Assembly (NCBI RefSeq): GCF_044647545.1
Contig: NZ_CP172818.1
Source of the DNA: Escherichia coli
Lineage (GTDB): Bacteria > Pseudomonadota > Gammaproteobacteria > Enterobacterales > Enterobacteriaceae
Reading direction: 5' to 3' (one strand)
DNA: 64,000 nt
In this document: positions 11,127 through 22,082 of the stretch, piece after piece
Numbering within the stretch: the stretch's first letter is position 1
Layout of the letters: each line of letters opens with the position of its first letter
Translations under genes and position numbers: made by a program
The notes under the pieces: model-generated
The model's input: only the letters and a program-made list of their open reading frames with translations
What the model was told of the DNA's origin: nothing
The model's database searches: none

Positions 11127-12334
11127 CAACTATTCTCCATCGCCGTCTGCGTTTTGGTATCGGGTTTGGCGACGGCTTTCGCGACAATAGCCGCGAGAAT
11201 AACCAGCGCCAGTACAACCATCATTGCACTACGTAATCCATAATGTTCGCCGAGATAGCCCAGCAGCGGCGGCCCGACGAGGAAAGCCAGATAACCGGTC
11301 GTAGCTACCACGCTGACGCGGGTTGGTGCATCGGGGCCGGTATCGCTGGCGGCAGAAATGGTCAGAGGGAAGCCCAGCGAGGCACCCAGTCCCCAAAGTA
11401 CAACAGACACCCCAGCGACCCAGGCGCTATCGACAAAAATAATCAGGCCAATACCCAACGCTCCCATTAGTGCACTGGCCCGAACCACGGCAACGCGACT
11501 GTAACGGTCGATGAACCAACCGCCGGTAAAGCGTCCAACAGTCATCCCCAGGGTAAAACCGGCATAAATCAGCGAGCCGGAAGTAGGGCTAAAACCGTGA
11601 CCGTCAACCATTAATAAGGGTAACCAGTCGTTGGCAGAACCTTCGGCAAAGGCCATCGCCAGCACCACAACACCAATCAGCAGCAACTGGATATCCCGAT
11701 AAAAAGGTACGCCTTTTTCACCATGCTGGGTGCCATCGGCAGCATTTTTGCCCGTACCGTCAGGGATTGCCTGAATGGCGATATAAATAGGCGCGATGCC
11801 TACCAGCGCCGCCAATAAAATGTGCACCGTTGCCGGAACGCCAAAGGCCGTCAGTGCCATCCCGACACCAGCGCCTGCCAGCGTGCCCAGGCTATAAAAA
11901 CCGTGCATCATCGGCAAAACCGTCTTATTCATTTCTCGCTCAACGGCAGCACCTTCAACGTTTATCGCCACTTCCGCAGAACCAAAACTTGCCCCAAAGA
12001 CGCCGAGACCAACCGCGAAGAGCAGGGGCGATGTCAGCCAGAGTGCCAGGCTTAGTATCATCATCCCAATCAATGCGCAGGACATCGTCACAAGGATGAC
12101 ATTACGCGTCCCAAAGCGTTTCACTAACCACGCCGAGCAGAGAATACCGCTCATCGAACCGATCGACAGACCAAAGAGAACACCGCCCATTTCAGCGATC
12201 GAGACAGAGAGAATATCGCGGATAGCAGGCGTACGGGTTGCCCAGGACGCCATTAACAGGCCTGGCAAAAAGAAGAACATAAACAGCGCCCAGGTTCGGC
12301 GTTTCAATGCATTACGTGAAGAATTTACGGTCAT
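11126..12334 (-). CDS. ybjJ: MFS transporter YbjJ
   Basis: 402 aa from ATG 12334 ([13 protein letters not shown]...), multi-TM. Confidence 0.88.
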   Translation of the reverse strand: MTVNSSRNALKRRTWALFMFFFLPGLLMASWATRTPAIRDILSVSIAEMGGVLFGLSIGSMSGILCSAWLVKRFGTRNVILVTMSCALIGMMILSLALWLTSPLLFAVGLGVFGASFGSAEVAINVEGAAVEREMNKTVLPMMHGFYSLGTLAGAGVGMALTAFGVPATVHILLAALVGIAPIYIAIQAIPDGTGKNAADGTQHGEKGVPFYRDIQLLLIGVVVLAMAFAEGSANDWLPLLMVDGHGFSPTSGSLIYAGFTLGMTVGRFTGGWFIDRYSRVAVVRASALMGALGIGLIIFVDSAWVAGVSVVLWGLGASLGFPLTISAASDTGPDAPTRVSVVATTGYLAFLVGPPLLGYLGEHYGLRSAMMVVLALVILAAIVAKAVAKPDTKTQTAMENS

Positions 12335-12417
12335 AGACCACGTCAAAATAAGAAGAGGGAAGACAACATTAGCAAGATTGTGTACATTTGTACACAATTG
12401 TAGAGAGAGGAAATGAC

Positions 12418-12954
12418 ATGCGTCGCGCTAACGATCCGCAACGGCGAGAAAAAATTATCCAGGCCACGCTGGAGGCGGTGAAACTTTATGGAATACATGC
12501 TGTTACACACCGCAAAATTGCTACCCTTGCCGGGGTACCGTTGGGATCGATGACTTACTATTTTTCAGGAATTGATGAGTTGTTGCTGGAGGCGTTCAGC
12601 CGTTTTACTGAGATCATGTCCCGGCAATATCAGGCATTTTTTAGCGATGTTAGTGATGCTCCGGGCGCATGCCAGGCTATCACCGATATGATCTACAGCT
12701 CACAGGTTGCAACGCCGGATAACATGGAGCTGATGTACCAGCTCTACGCGCTGGCTAGCCGAAAACCGCTATTAAAAACGGTAATGCAAAACTGGATGCA
12801 GCGCAGTCAGCAAACGCTCGAACAATGGTTTGAACCCGGAACCGCCCGCGCGCTTGATGCGTTTATTGAGGGGATGACGCTGCATTTTGTCACCGACCGT
12901 AAGCCGCTATCGCGCGAGGAGATTTTGAGGATGGTTGAGAGGGTTGCAGGGTAG
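12418..12954 (+). CDS. rcdA: TetR-family regulator RcdA (YbjK)
   Basis: 178 aa from ATG 12418 ([13 protein letters not shown]...), N-terminal TetR HTH. Confidence 0.9.
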   Translation: MRRANDPQRREKIIQATLEAVKLYGIHAVTHRKIATLAGVPLGSMTYYFSGIDELLLEAFSRFTEIMSRQYQAFFSDVSDAPGACQAITDMIYSSQVATPDNMELMYQLYALASRKPLLKTVMQNWMQRSQQTLEQWFEPGTARALDAFIEGMTLHFVTDRKPLSREEILRMVERVAG

Positions 12955-12973
12955 TAGATAAATTTCAGGCAAC

Positions 12974-13052
12974 AAAAAACCCACCAACCTTGAACCGAAA
13001 TGGCGGGGTTGATGGGCTCCACAAAATGGGGACATCAAAGAAAAGCAGTGGC
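12974..13052 (-). ncRNA. rybB: sigmaE-dependent small RNA RybB
   Basis: Minus-strand sequence GCCACTGCTTTTCTTTGATGTCCCCATTTTGTGGAGCCCATCAACCCCGCCATTTCGGTTCAAGGTTGGTGGGTTTTTT matches RybB as recalled, with 3' terminator hairpin and U-run; rcdA-ybjL intergenic location. Confidence 0.85.
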
Positions 13053-13128
13053 ACTAATTAAGACTGATGCCCTGCGGAAAAGTTCTGCGGTTGTGCAAAA
13101 AAATTTCATTTTCAGGGCAACTTCAGTT

Positions 13129-14814
13129 TTATCCTAATCCTGGCCATACCATGACGATGATTGTCCCTGCTAGCGTCAGCAGGACGTTGGCGATTGCATA
13201 GGTGCCCGCATAGCCCAGCGCCGGGATGTTACTGCGAGCTGTATCACTGATGATCTCCATTGCCGGCGCGCAGGTGCGTGCGCCCATCATTGCGCCGAAC
13301 AACAGTGCGCGGTTCATTCGCAATACATAAGCACCGAACAAGAAGCAGATAACCACTGGCACCAGACTGACAATCAATCCGGCAATCAACATTTGACCGC
13401 CAATCGCGCCCAGGCCGTTATTAATACCGCTACCGGCGCTCAGACCAACGCCTGCCATAAACACCATCAAGCCGAACTCTTTCACCATGCTTAATGCACC
13501 TTGCGGAATGTAACCGAAGGTCGGGTGGTTAGCACGCATAAAGCCCAGCATAATTCCGGCGAATAACAACCCGGCAGCGTTCCCCATGCCGAAACTGAAT
13601 GTGCTGAACTGGAAGGTGATCATCCCGATCATCAGCCCAATAACAAAGAAGGCGCAGAATGCCAGCAAGTCAGTGACCTGGCTGTGAATCGAGATAAAGC
13701 CGATGCGATCGGCGATGGTTTTTACGCGACGGGCATCGCCGCTGACTTGTAAAACGTCACCTTTGTTAAGCACGACGTTGTCATCAATCGGCATCTCAAT
13801 CTGGCTACGAATGACGCGGTTAAGGAAGCAACCGTGATCGGTCAACTTCAGTTGTGCGAGACGTTTGCCTACAGCGTTATGGTTTTTAACGACCACTTCT
13901 TCAGTGACGATACGCATGTCGAGAAGGTCACGATCGAAAACTTCTTTGCCATTACGGAAACTGGGATCGAGTCGGGCGTGGGCGTCGGGGTAGCCTACCA
14001 ACGCTATTTCATCGCCCATTTGTAGCACGGCATCACCGTCTGGATTTGCCAGAATCCCGTTACGCCGAATACGTTCAATGTAACAGCCAGTTTGTCGATA
14101 AATACCCAGTTCACGCAGATTTTTGCCGTCGGTCCAGGCCACCAGCTCCGGGCCGACGCGGTAGGCGCGGATCACCGGTAAATAAACCTTACGGTTGGCA
14201 TCAGTGTCCAGGCCACGTTCGCGGGCGATTTGCTGGGCGCTGGTCTGTAAGTCCTGATGCTGCAATTTCGGCAAGTAACGCGCACCAACAATCAAACTCA
14301 CCAGACCGATTAAATAGGTTAAGGCATATCCGAGGCTCAGATTATCCAGCGCCAGTGAGAGCTGCCTGCTTTCCATACCGGAATGACGCAGTGTATCGCC
14401 AGCACCGACCAAAACCGGTGTTGACGTCATAGAGCCTGCTAACATACCGGCCGTCAGGCCAATATCCCAGCCAAACAGCTTACCTAACCCTAAGGCGATG
14501 ACCAGCGCACTGCCAACCATCACCAGTGCTAACATTAGGTAATTTTTCCCATCGCGAAAAAAAATGGAAAAAAAGTTCGGTCCGGCTTCGACCCCGACGC
14601 AGAAAATAAACAGCATAAAGCCAAGATTAAGCGCGTCGGTGTTAATGCTGAAATGTTGTTGGCCTAATAACAGCGATACGACTAAAACGCCAATGGAATT
14701 ACCCAGTTGGATCGAACCAAGTCGTAATTTCCCGAGACATAGCCCAAGCGCGAGGACCACAAATAATAACAGAATGTAATTCCCATTTAACAATTCGGCG
14801 ACGTTTATATTCAC
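13129..14814 (-). CDS. ybjL: Putative transporter YbjL (AAE family, two TrkA-C domains)
   Basis: 561 aa multi-TM ORF; matches YbjL. Confidence 0.9.
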
Positions 14815-15083
14815 GGAGGCTAACTTCTTGTTTACTAGTAAGCTGTTGAAAGAAATGGTAATTTACGATAATGTTTTTTACCAGAATTCAGGGCGCAGAT
14901 TCATTCAGCGCACCTAAACGATAGTAAAGTAACAATATATTTTACTAGTGTAATCACATTAGGTATCAACGGCTATATGAATTGCGTTGGCCTATATTAG
15001 CATGGAATGCGAAGCGGCTTTATCTTACTGAACGCCACACTGGCGAAAAATGTGTTCGATAGACGCAGTGTCAGGAGGAACGA

Positions 15084-15461
15084 GTGAAACATAAACAACG
15101 TTGGGCGGGGGCAATCTGCTGTTTTGTCCTCTTCATTGTGGTGTGCCTTTTTCTGGCGACGCACATGAAAGGCGCTTTTCGGGCTGCCGGGCATCCTGAA
15201 ATCGGCTTGCTGTTTTTCATTCTTCCTGGAGCAGTTGCCAGCTTCTTTTCACAGCGTAGAGAAGTCCTGAAACCTCTGTTTGGCGCAATGCTGGCGGCAC
15301 CCTGTTCAATGCTTATTATGCGGCTGTTTTTTTCACCGACGCGCTCATTCTGGCAAGAGCTGGCATGGTTATTAAGTGCGGTGTTCTGGTGTGCGCTGGG
15401 GGCACTGTGTTTCTTATTTATCAGTAGTTTGTTTAAACCACAGCACAGAAAAAATCAATAA
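15084..15461 (+). CDS. ybjM: Inner membrane protein YbjM
   Basis: 125 aa, 4 predicted TM segments. Confidence 0.85.
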   Translation: MKHKQRWAGAICCFVLFIVVCLFLATHMKGAFRAAGHPEIGLLFFILPGAVASFFSQRREVLKPLFGAMLAAPCSMLIMRLFFSPTRSFWQELAWLLSAVFWCALGALCFLFISSLFKPQHRKNQ

Positions 15462-15484
15462 AGCCCTCAACGCGAGGGCTTGTC
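15462..15484. terminator. Bidirectional hairpin between convergent ybjM and grxA
   Basis: Inverted repeat agccctc / gagggct with 5-nt loop. Confidence 0.5.
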
Positions 15485-15490
15485 AGACGA

Positions 15491-15748
15491 TCAGGCGTCC
15501 AGATTCTCTTTCACCCATGCAGCAAAATCGGTATAGCCGCCGATATGTTGCTGATCGACAAAAATCTGCGGCACGGTTTCTACGGGTTTACCTGCCTTTT
15601 GTTGTAGATCTTCTTTAGTGATCCCTTCCGCACGAATATCTACATACTGATACTGAAAATCATCGCGTTCATTGCTCAATTTCTCAGCCAGATCTTTTGC
15701 ACGCACACAGTAAGGGCAACCCGGACGACCAAAAATAACGGTTTGCAT
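15491..15748 (-). CDS. grxA: Glutaredoxin 1
   Basis: 85 aa from ATG 15748 (MQTVIFGRPGCPYCVRAK...), CPYC active site. Confidence 0.93.
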   Translation of the reverse strand: MQTVIFGRPGCPYCVRAKDLAEKLSNERDDFQYQYVDIRAEGITKEDLQQKAGKPVETVPQIFVDQQHIGGYTDFAAWVKENLDA

Positions 15749-15907
15749 TATTTCTCTCCTCATAGATTTATGCCTGTAATGATCACGCTAAAATGTATTC
15801 GCTGAAAGTAGGTTTAACCTGTTGCATTAATTGCTAAAAGCTATAACTGTTAAACACAATACGGTGAAAAGTTTTAGACTGAAGGCTCATTTTGCAGAGG
15901 GAAGCGT

Positions 15908-16195
15908 ATGCGCGCGATCGGTAAATTGCCTAAAAGCGTGTTGATACTGGAATTTATCGGAATGATGTTGCTGGCGGTGGCGCTGCTGTCGGTAAGCGGC
16001 TCCCTGTCGCTGCCTGAGCCATTTTCTCGGCCAGAAGTGCAGATTCTGATGATTTTTCTCGGTGTTTTGCTCATGCTTCCCGCTGCGGTGGTGGTTATTC
16101 TTCAGGTGGCAAAACGTCTTGCCCCACAGCTGATGAACCGCCCAACGCAATATTCACGTTCAGAAAGAGAAAAAGATAATGACGCCAACCATTGA
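15908..16195 (+). CDS. ybjC: Small membrane protein YbjC
   Basis: 95 aa, 2 TM; overlaps nfsA start (operon ybjC-nfsA-rimK-ybjN). Confidence 0.85.
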   Translation: MRAIGKLPKSVLILEFIGMMLLAVALLSVSGSLSLPEPFSRPEVQILMIFLGVLLMLPAAVVVILQVAKRLAPQLMNRPTQYSRSEREKDNDANH

Positions 16196-16901
16196 ACTTA
16201 TTTGTGGCCATCGCTCCATTCGCCATTTCACTGATGAACCCATTTCCGAAGCGCAGCGTGAGGCGATTATTAACAGCGCCCGTGCGACGTCCAGTTCCAG
16301 TTTTTTGCAGTGTAGTAGCATTATTCGCATTACCGACAAAGCATTACGTGAAGAACTGGTGACGCTGACCGGCGGGCAAAAACACGTAGCGCAAGCGGCG
16401 GAGTTCTGGGTGTTCTGTGCCGACTTTAACCGCCATTTACAGATCTGTCCGGATGCTCAGCTCGGCCTGGCGGAACAGCTGTTGCTCGGTGTCGTTGATA
16501 CGGCAATGATGGCGCAGAATGCATTAACCGCAGCGGAATCGCTGGGATTGGGCGGGGTATATATCGGCGGCCTGCGCAATAATATTGAAGCGGTGACGGA
16601 GCTGCTGAAATTACCGCGGCATGTTCTGCCGCTGTTTGGGCTGTGCCTTGGCTGGCCTGCGGATAATCCGGATCTTAAGCCGCGTTTACCGGCCTCCATT
16701 TTGGTGCATGAAAACAGCTATCAACCGCTGGATAAAGACGCACTGGCGCAGTATGACGAACAACTGGCGGAATATTACCTCACCCGTGGCAGCAATAATC
16801 GCCGGGATACCTGGAGCGATCATATCCGCCGAACAATCATTAAAGAAAGCCGCCCATTTATTCTGGATTATTTGCACAAACAGGGTTGGGCGACGCGCTA
16901 A
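16179..16901 (+). CDS. nfsA: Oxygen-insensitive NADPH nitroreductase NfsA
   Basis: 240 aa (MTPTIELICGHRSIRHFTDEPI...), matches NfsA. Confidence 0.93.
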   Translation: MTPTIELICGHRSIRHFTDEPISEAQREAIINSARATSSSSFLQCSSIIRITDKALREELVTLTGGQKHVAQAAEFWVFCADFNRHLQICPDAQLGLAEQLLLGVVDTAMMAQNALTAAESLGLGGVYIGGLRNNIEAVTELLKLPRHVLPLFGLCLGWPADNPDLKPRLPASILVHENSYQPLDKDALAQYDEQLAEYYLTRGSNNRRDTWSDHIRRTIIKESRPFILDYLHKQGWATR

Positions 16902-16961
16902 AACCGCCACGTCGATGTATGATACGCGGGCTTTTGACCAGGTCTGAAAGAGAGGTGCAGG

Positions 16962-17864
16962 GTGAAAATTGCCATATTGTCCCGGGATGGAACGCTCTAT
17001 TCGTGTAAGCGGCTGCGTGAAGCCGCTATACAGCGTGGTCACCTGGTTGAAATTCTTGATCCGCTTTCTTGCTACATGAACATAAATCCTGCGGCGTCTT
17101 CTATTCACTACAAAGGCCGCAAGTTACCCCATTTTGACGCTGTGATCCCGCGTATTGGTACCGCCATTACCTTTTATGGGACGGCGGCACTGCGCCAGTT
17201 CGAGATGCTGGGGAGCTATCCGCTCAATGAGTCGGTCGCCATTGCCCGGGCGCGTGACAAATTGCGTTCCATGCAACTGCTGGCGCGTCAGGGCATCGAC
17301 CTGCCTGTCACGGGCATTGCGCATTCGCCGGATGATACCAGCGATTTAATCGACATGGTCGGTGGTGCGCCGCTGGTGGTTAAGCTGGTTGAAGGTACGC
17401 AGGGAATTGGTGTCGTGCTGGCGGAGACGCGTCAGGCGGCCGAAAGCGTGATTGACGCTTTCCGCGGTCTGAACGCGCATATTCTGGTGCAGGAATATAT
17501 CAAAGAGGCGCAAGGGTGCGATATCCGCTGTCTGGTTGTTGGCGATGAAGTGGTCGCTGCGATTGAACGGCGGGCGAAAGAGGGCGATTTTCGTTCCAAT
17601 TTGCATCGTGGCGGCGCGGCAAGCGTCGCCAGTATCACACCACAGGAGCGTGAAATCGCGATAAAAGCCGCGCGAACGATGGCGCTGGACGTTGCTGGTG
17701 TAGATATTTTGCGTGCTAATCGCGGGCCATTGGTGATGGAAGTGAATGCGTCGCCGGGGCTGGAAGGAATAGAAAAAACCACCGGTATCGACATCGCGGG
17801 TAAAATGATCCGCTGGATCGAACGCCACGCAACGACGGAATATTGCCTGAAAACGGGTGGTTAG
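16962..17864 (+). CDS. rimK: Ribosomal protein S6 glutamate ligase RimK (ATP-grasp)
   Basis: 300 aa ([18 protein letters not shown]...), ATP-grasp fold. Confidence 0.93.
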   Translation: MKIAILSRDGTLYSCKRLREAAIQRGHLVEILDPLSCYMNINPAASSIHYKGRKLPHFDAVIPRIGTAITFYGTAALRQFEMLGSYPLNESVAIARARDKLRSMQLLARQGIDLPVTGIAHSPDDTSDLIDMVGGAPLVVKLVEGTQGIGVVLAETRQAAESVIDAFRGLNAHILVQEYIKEAQGCDIRCLVVGDEVVAAIERRAKEGDFRSNLHRGGAASVASITPQEREIAIKAARTMALDVAGVDILRANRGPLVMEVNASPGLEGIEKTTGIDIAGKMIRWIERHATTEYCLKTGG

Positions 17865-17951
17865 TCGCAATCACATTACTGATCATGGTTTTGCCTGCGC
17901 TTTTTGCGTAAGCTGTGCCGGTCTTTTTATCGAAAGAGGTTGTACAAAATT

Positions 17952-18428
17952 ATGACATCGCTGGTCGTTCCTGGTCTGGATACGTTGCGTCAATGGCTCG
18001 ATGACCTGGGGATGAGTTTTTTTGAATGTGATAACTGTCAGGCTCTGCATCTGCCCCATATGCAGAATTTCGACGGTGTCTTTGATGCCAAAATCGATCT
18101 GATCGATAACACGATCCTGTTTTCTGCCATGGCGGAAGTCCGACCTTCAGCCGTATTGCCGCTGGCGGCGGATTTATCTGCCATCAATGCCAGTTCGCTG
18201 ACCGTGAAAGCATTTCTTGATATGCAGGATGATAATCTGCCAAAGCTGGTGGTTTGCCAGTCTTTATCCGTTATGCAGGGCGTAACCTATGAGCAGTTTG
18301 CATGGTTCGTGCGTCAGAGCGAAGAGCAGATTTCGATGGTCATTCTTGAAGCTAATGCCCATCAACTGCTGTTACCGACTGACGATGAAGGGCAAAACAA
18401 CGTTACTGAAAACTATTTCCTCCACTGA
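17952..18428 (+). CDS. ybjN: YbjN (putative sensory transduction regulator family)
   Basis: 158 aa from ATG 17952 (MTSLVVPGLDTLRQW...). Confidence 0.87.
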   Translation: MTSLVVPGLDTLRQWLDDLGMSFFECDNCQALHLPHMQNFDGVFDAKIDLIDNTILFSAMAEVRPSAVLPLAADLSAINASSLTVKAFLDMQDDNLPKLVVCQSLSVMQGVTYEQFAWFVRQSEEQISMVILEANAHQLLLPTDDEGQNNVTENYFLH

Positions 18429-18778
18429 TAACTCCTTTCGAGCACGCAGTCACTGCGGCAGCGACTGCGTGCTGCAAAATTATCTGCTGTTTTTAACCTT
18501 TTCTTAAAGATTGTTTCACTTCTCTTGTGCCGATTTGGCTTTATCACATAGAGCAAATACGCATAAAAATTTGTTAAATACCGTTTTTTAATCCGAGCTA
18601 TAGTCTCAAACCCTGGCTAAAGTTATTCTTGCGATGCTTTTATATAGCGAGCAGTGCTGGCCGGGAGAGAGTTCTCTTTTCTTACACCGCGCCGATAAAA
18701 AATATGCACGTTTATTGCATATCTTTCAGTGTGACAACTTTTGTTCGTTTGTTAACGAACTTTCAGAAGGAAAGAGAT

Positions 18779-19891
18779 ATGACCGCCTTAAATAAAAAAT
18801 GGCTATCGGGTCTGGTTGCGGGTGCTCTGATGGCCGTCTCTGTCGGCACGCTCGCGGCTGAACAAAAAACACTCCACATTTATAACTGGTCTGATTATAT
18901 CGCCCCGGACACGGTGGCCAATTTTGAAAAAGAAACCGGTATTAAAGTCGTCTACGATGTTTTCGACTCTAACGAAGTACTGGAAGGCAAATTAATGGCG
19001 GGTAGCACCGGCTTTGACCTGGTGGTGCCGTCAGCAAGCTTTCTTGAACGCCAGTTGACTGCGGGAGTTTTCCAGCCGCTGGACAAAAGCAAATTGCCGG
19101 AGTGGAAGAATCTCGACCCGGAGCTGCTGAAGCTGGTCGCCAAACACGATCCCGACAATAAATTTGCTATGCCCTATATGTGGGCGACGACCGGGATTGG
19201 CTATAACGTCGATAAAGTCAAAGCGGTGCTGGGCGAAAACGCGCCCGTCGATAGCTGGGACTTGATCCTCAAACCTGAAAATCTGGAAAAACTGAAAAGC
19301 TGCGGCGTCTCTTTCCTTGATGCACCGGAAGAAGTGTTTGCTACCGTGCTGAATTATCTCGGTAAAGATCCCAACAGCACTAAAGCAGATGATTACACCG
19401 GACCGGCAACCGATCTGCTGTTAAAGCTGCGCCCGAACATTCGTTATTTCCATTCATCTCAATACATTAACGACCTGGCAAACGGCGATATCTGCGTCGC
19501 TATTGGCTGGGCGGGCGATGTCTGGCAGGCGTCAAACCGCGCGAAGGAAGCGAAGAATGGCGTTAATGTCTCGTTCTCGATTCCGAAAGAAGGGGCGATG
19601 GCGTTCTTTGATGTCTTCGCCATGCCTGCGGATGCCAAAAATAAAGACGAAGCCTATCAGTTCCTGAATTACCTGCTGCGCCCGGATGTGGTGGCGCATA
19701 TTTCCGACCATGTGTTCTATGCCAACGCGAACAAAGAAGCTACGCCGCTGGTAAGCGCGGAAGTGCGTGATAATCCAGGGATTTATCCTCCGGCGGACGT
19801 TCGTGCGAAGTTGTTCACTCTGAAAGTGCAGGATCCAAAAATAGACCGTGTGCGCACCCGCGCGTGGACCAAAGTGAAGAGCGGAAAATAA
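18779..19891 (+). CDS. potF: Putrescine ABC transporter periplasmic binding protein PotF
   Basis: 370 aa from ATG 18779 (MTALNKKWLSGLVAG...), signal peptide. Confidence 0.93.
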   Translation: MTALNKKWLSGLVAGALMAVSVGTLAAEQKTLHIYNWSDYIAPDTVANFEKETGIKVVYDVFDSNEVLEGKLMAGSTGFDLVVPSASFLERQLTAGVFQPLDKSKLPEWKNLDPELLKLVAKHDPDNKFAMPYMWATTGIGYNVDKVKAVLGENAPVDSWDLILKPENLEKLKSCGVSFLDAPEEVFATVLNYLGKDPNSTKADDYTGPATDLLLKLRPNIRYFHSSQYINDLANGDICVAIGWAGDVWQASNRAKEAKNGVNVSFSIPKEGAMAFFDVFAMPADAKNKDEAYQFLNYLLRPDVVAHISDHVFYANANKEATPLVSAEVRDNPGIYPPADVRAKLFTLKVQDPKIDRVRTRAWTKVKSGK

Positions 19892-19985
19892 TCCGCAGTC
19901 GTAGATGCCGGACGGGCGCACCACACCCGCCGGCAATTCGCACCATTATGGTGCGCTTGCACACATTCAATGCCGGAGAGCAGCC

Positions 19986-21119
19986 GTGAATGACGCTATC
20001 CCTCGCCCGCAGGCGAAAACCCGTAAGGCGCTGACGCCGCTATTAGAAATCCGCAACCTCACCAAATCCTACGATGGTCAACATGCGGTGGATGATGTCA
20101 GCCTGACCATCTACAAAGGTGAAATCTTCGCGCTGCTGGGCGCATCCGGCTGTGGCAAGTCCACGCTGCTGCGTATGCTGGCAGGTTTCGAACAACCTTC
20201 TGCCGGACAGATAATGCTTGATGGCGTCGATTTGTCACAGGTGCCGCCTTACCTGCGCCCCATCAATATGATGTTTCAGTCTTATGCGCTGTTTCCGCAT
20301 ATGACCGTGGAACAGAACATCGCTTTTGGCCTGAAACAGGACAAACTACCGAAAGCGGAAATTGCCAGCCGGGTCAATGAGATGCTCGGCCTGGTGCATA
20401 TGCAGGAGTTCGCCAAACGCAAACCGCATCAGCTTTCCGGTGGTCAGCGACAGCGTGTGGCCCTGGCCCGAAGCCTTGCCAAGCGCCCGAAACTATTACT
20501 GCTCGATGAGCCGATGGGCGCGCTGGATAAAAAGCTGCGTGACCGGATGCAGCTTGAAGTGGTGGATATTCTGGAGCGCGTCGGTGTGACCTGCGTGATG
20601 GTTACTCACGATCAGGAAGAGGCGATGACCATGGCGGGGCGTATCGCCATTATGAATCGTGGGAAATTTGTCCAGATTGGCGAACCGGAAGAGATCTATG
20701 AGCATCCGACCACCCGCTATAGCGCTGAATTTATCGGTTCGGTTAATGTCTTTGAAGGTGTACTCAAAGAGCGTCAGGAAGATGGTCTGGTACTTTATTC
20801 GCCGGGACTGGTGCATCCACTGAAAGTCGATGCGGATGCTTCAGTGGTCGATAACGTGCCGGTGCATGTGGCGCTTCGCCCGGAAAAAATCATGCTTTGC
20901 GAGGAACCGCCCGCCAATGGTTGTAACTTCGCGGTGGGGGAGGTGATACACATTGCCTATCTCGGCGATCTTTCGGTGTATCACGTTCGTCTGAAAAGTG
21001 GGCAGATGATCAGCGCCCAGCTACAAAACGCCCATCGTCATCGTAAAGGGTTACCGACCTGGGGCGATGAAGTGCGTTTGTGCTGGGAAGTGGACAGCTG
21101 TGTGGTGCTGACGGTTTAA
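19986..21119 (+). CDS. potG: Putrescine ABC transporter ATPase PotG
   Basis: 377 aa from GTG 19986; Walker A GASGCGKST, signature LSGGQRQR, Walker B LLLLDEP. Confidence 0.9.
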   Translation: MNDAIPRPQAKTRKALTPLLEIRNLTKSYDGQHAVDDVSLTIYKGEIFALLGASGCGKSTLLRMLAGFEQPSAGQIMLDGVDLSQVPPYLRPINMMFQSYALFPHMTVEQNIAFGLKQDKLPKAEIASRVNEMLGLVHMQEFAKRKPHQLSGGQRQRVALARSLAKRPKLLLLDEPMGALDKKLRDRMQLEVVDILERVGVTCVMVTHDQEEAMTMAGRIAIMNRGKFVQIGEPEEIYEHPTTRYSAEFIGSVNVFEGVLKERQEDGLVLYSPGLVHPLKVDADASVVDNVPVHVALRPEKIMLCEEPPANGCNFAVGEVIHIAYLGDLSVYHVRLKSGQMISAQLQNAHRHRKGLPTWGDEVRLCWEVDSCVVLTV

Positions 21120-21128
21120 GGAGCAAAA

Positions 21129-22082
21129 ATGAGTACACTTGAACCTGCTGCCCAGTCGAAACCGCCGGGCGGATTTAAGCTGTGGTTGTCGCAGCTGCAA
21201 ATGAAGCATGGGCGCAAACTGGTGATTGCGCTGCCGTATATCTGGCTAATCCTGCTGTTTCTGCTGCCATTTCTGATTGTCTTTAAAATAAGCCTGGCGG
21301 AGATGGCGCGCGCTATTCCACCTTATACCGAACTGATGGAGTGGGCTGACGGGCAACTTTCCATCACTCTTAATCTCGGTAATTTTCTGCAACTGACTGA
21401 CGATCCGCTCTATTTCGATGCTTATCTCCAGTCGTTACAGGTGGCGGCGATTTCGACTATTTGCTGTTTACTGATCGGCTATCCGCTGGCGTGGGCGGTG
21501 GCGCACAGTAAGCCTTCGACCCGTAATATCTTATTGCTACTGGTGATCCTGCCGTCGTGGACCTCGTTTCTGATTCGCGTTTATGCCTGGATGGGAATAT
21601 TAAAAAATAACGGCGTACTGAATAATTTTCTGCTGTGGCTGGGGGTTATCGACCAGCCGCTGACCATTCTGCATACCAATCTGGCCGTTTATATCGGCAT
21701 TGTTTATGCCTACGTGCCGTTTATGGTACTGCCGATTTATACCGCGTTGATTCGTATTGATTATTCGCTGGTGGAAGCGGCACTGGATCTCGGTGCACGA
21801 CCGCTGAAAACGTTCTTTACTGTGATCGTGCCGCTGACCAAAGGCGGGATTATTGCCGGATCGATGCTGGTGTTTATCCCGGCTGTGGGCGAGTTTGTGA
21901 TCCCTGAACTGCTCGGTGGCCCGGACAGCATCATGATCGGGCGCGTGCTGTGGCAGGAGTTCTTTAACAACCGCGACTGGCCGGTGGCCTCAGCGGTAGC
22001 GATCATCATGTTGCTGCTGCTAATTGTGCCGATAATGTGGTTCCACAAGCATCAGCAAAAAAGCGTGGGAGAACACGGATGA
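21129..22082 (+). CDS. potH: Putrescine ABC transporter permease PotH
   Basis: 317 aa multi-TM permease. Confidence 0.92.
   Translation: MSTLEPAAQSKPPGGFKLWLSQLQMKHGRKLVIALPYIWLILLFLLPFLIVFKISLAEMARAIPPYTELMEWADGQLSITLNLGNFLQLTDDPLYFDAYLQSLQVAAISTICCLLIGYPLAWAVAHSKPSTRNILLLLVILPSWTSFLIRVYAWMGILKNNGVLNNFLLWLGVIDQPLTILHTNLAVYIGIVYAYVPFMVLPIYTALIRIDYSLVEAALDLGARPLKTFFTVIVPLTKGGIIAGSMLVFIPAVGEFVIPELLGGPDSIMIGRVLWQEFFNNRDWPVASAVAIIMLLLLIVPIMWFHKHQQKSVGEHG

Noticed and set aside
18629-18778. N-terminal extensions in the ORF track (e.g. potF from 18629, trxB from 57133, artP from 28592, cspD from 47566, lrp from 57527)
   Set aside because: Known protein N-termini and RBS positions support the downstream starts used in the feature list; the upstream in-frame start codons are unsupported.
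19892-19985. GC-rich palindromic sequence in the potF-potG spacer (gatgccggacgggcgcaccacacccgccggca)
   Set aside because: Resembles but does not match the REP consensus well enough to call; more likely a potF terminator or attenuator hairpin.
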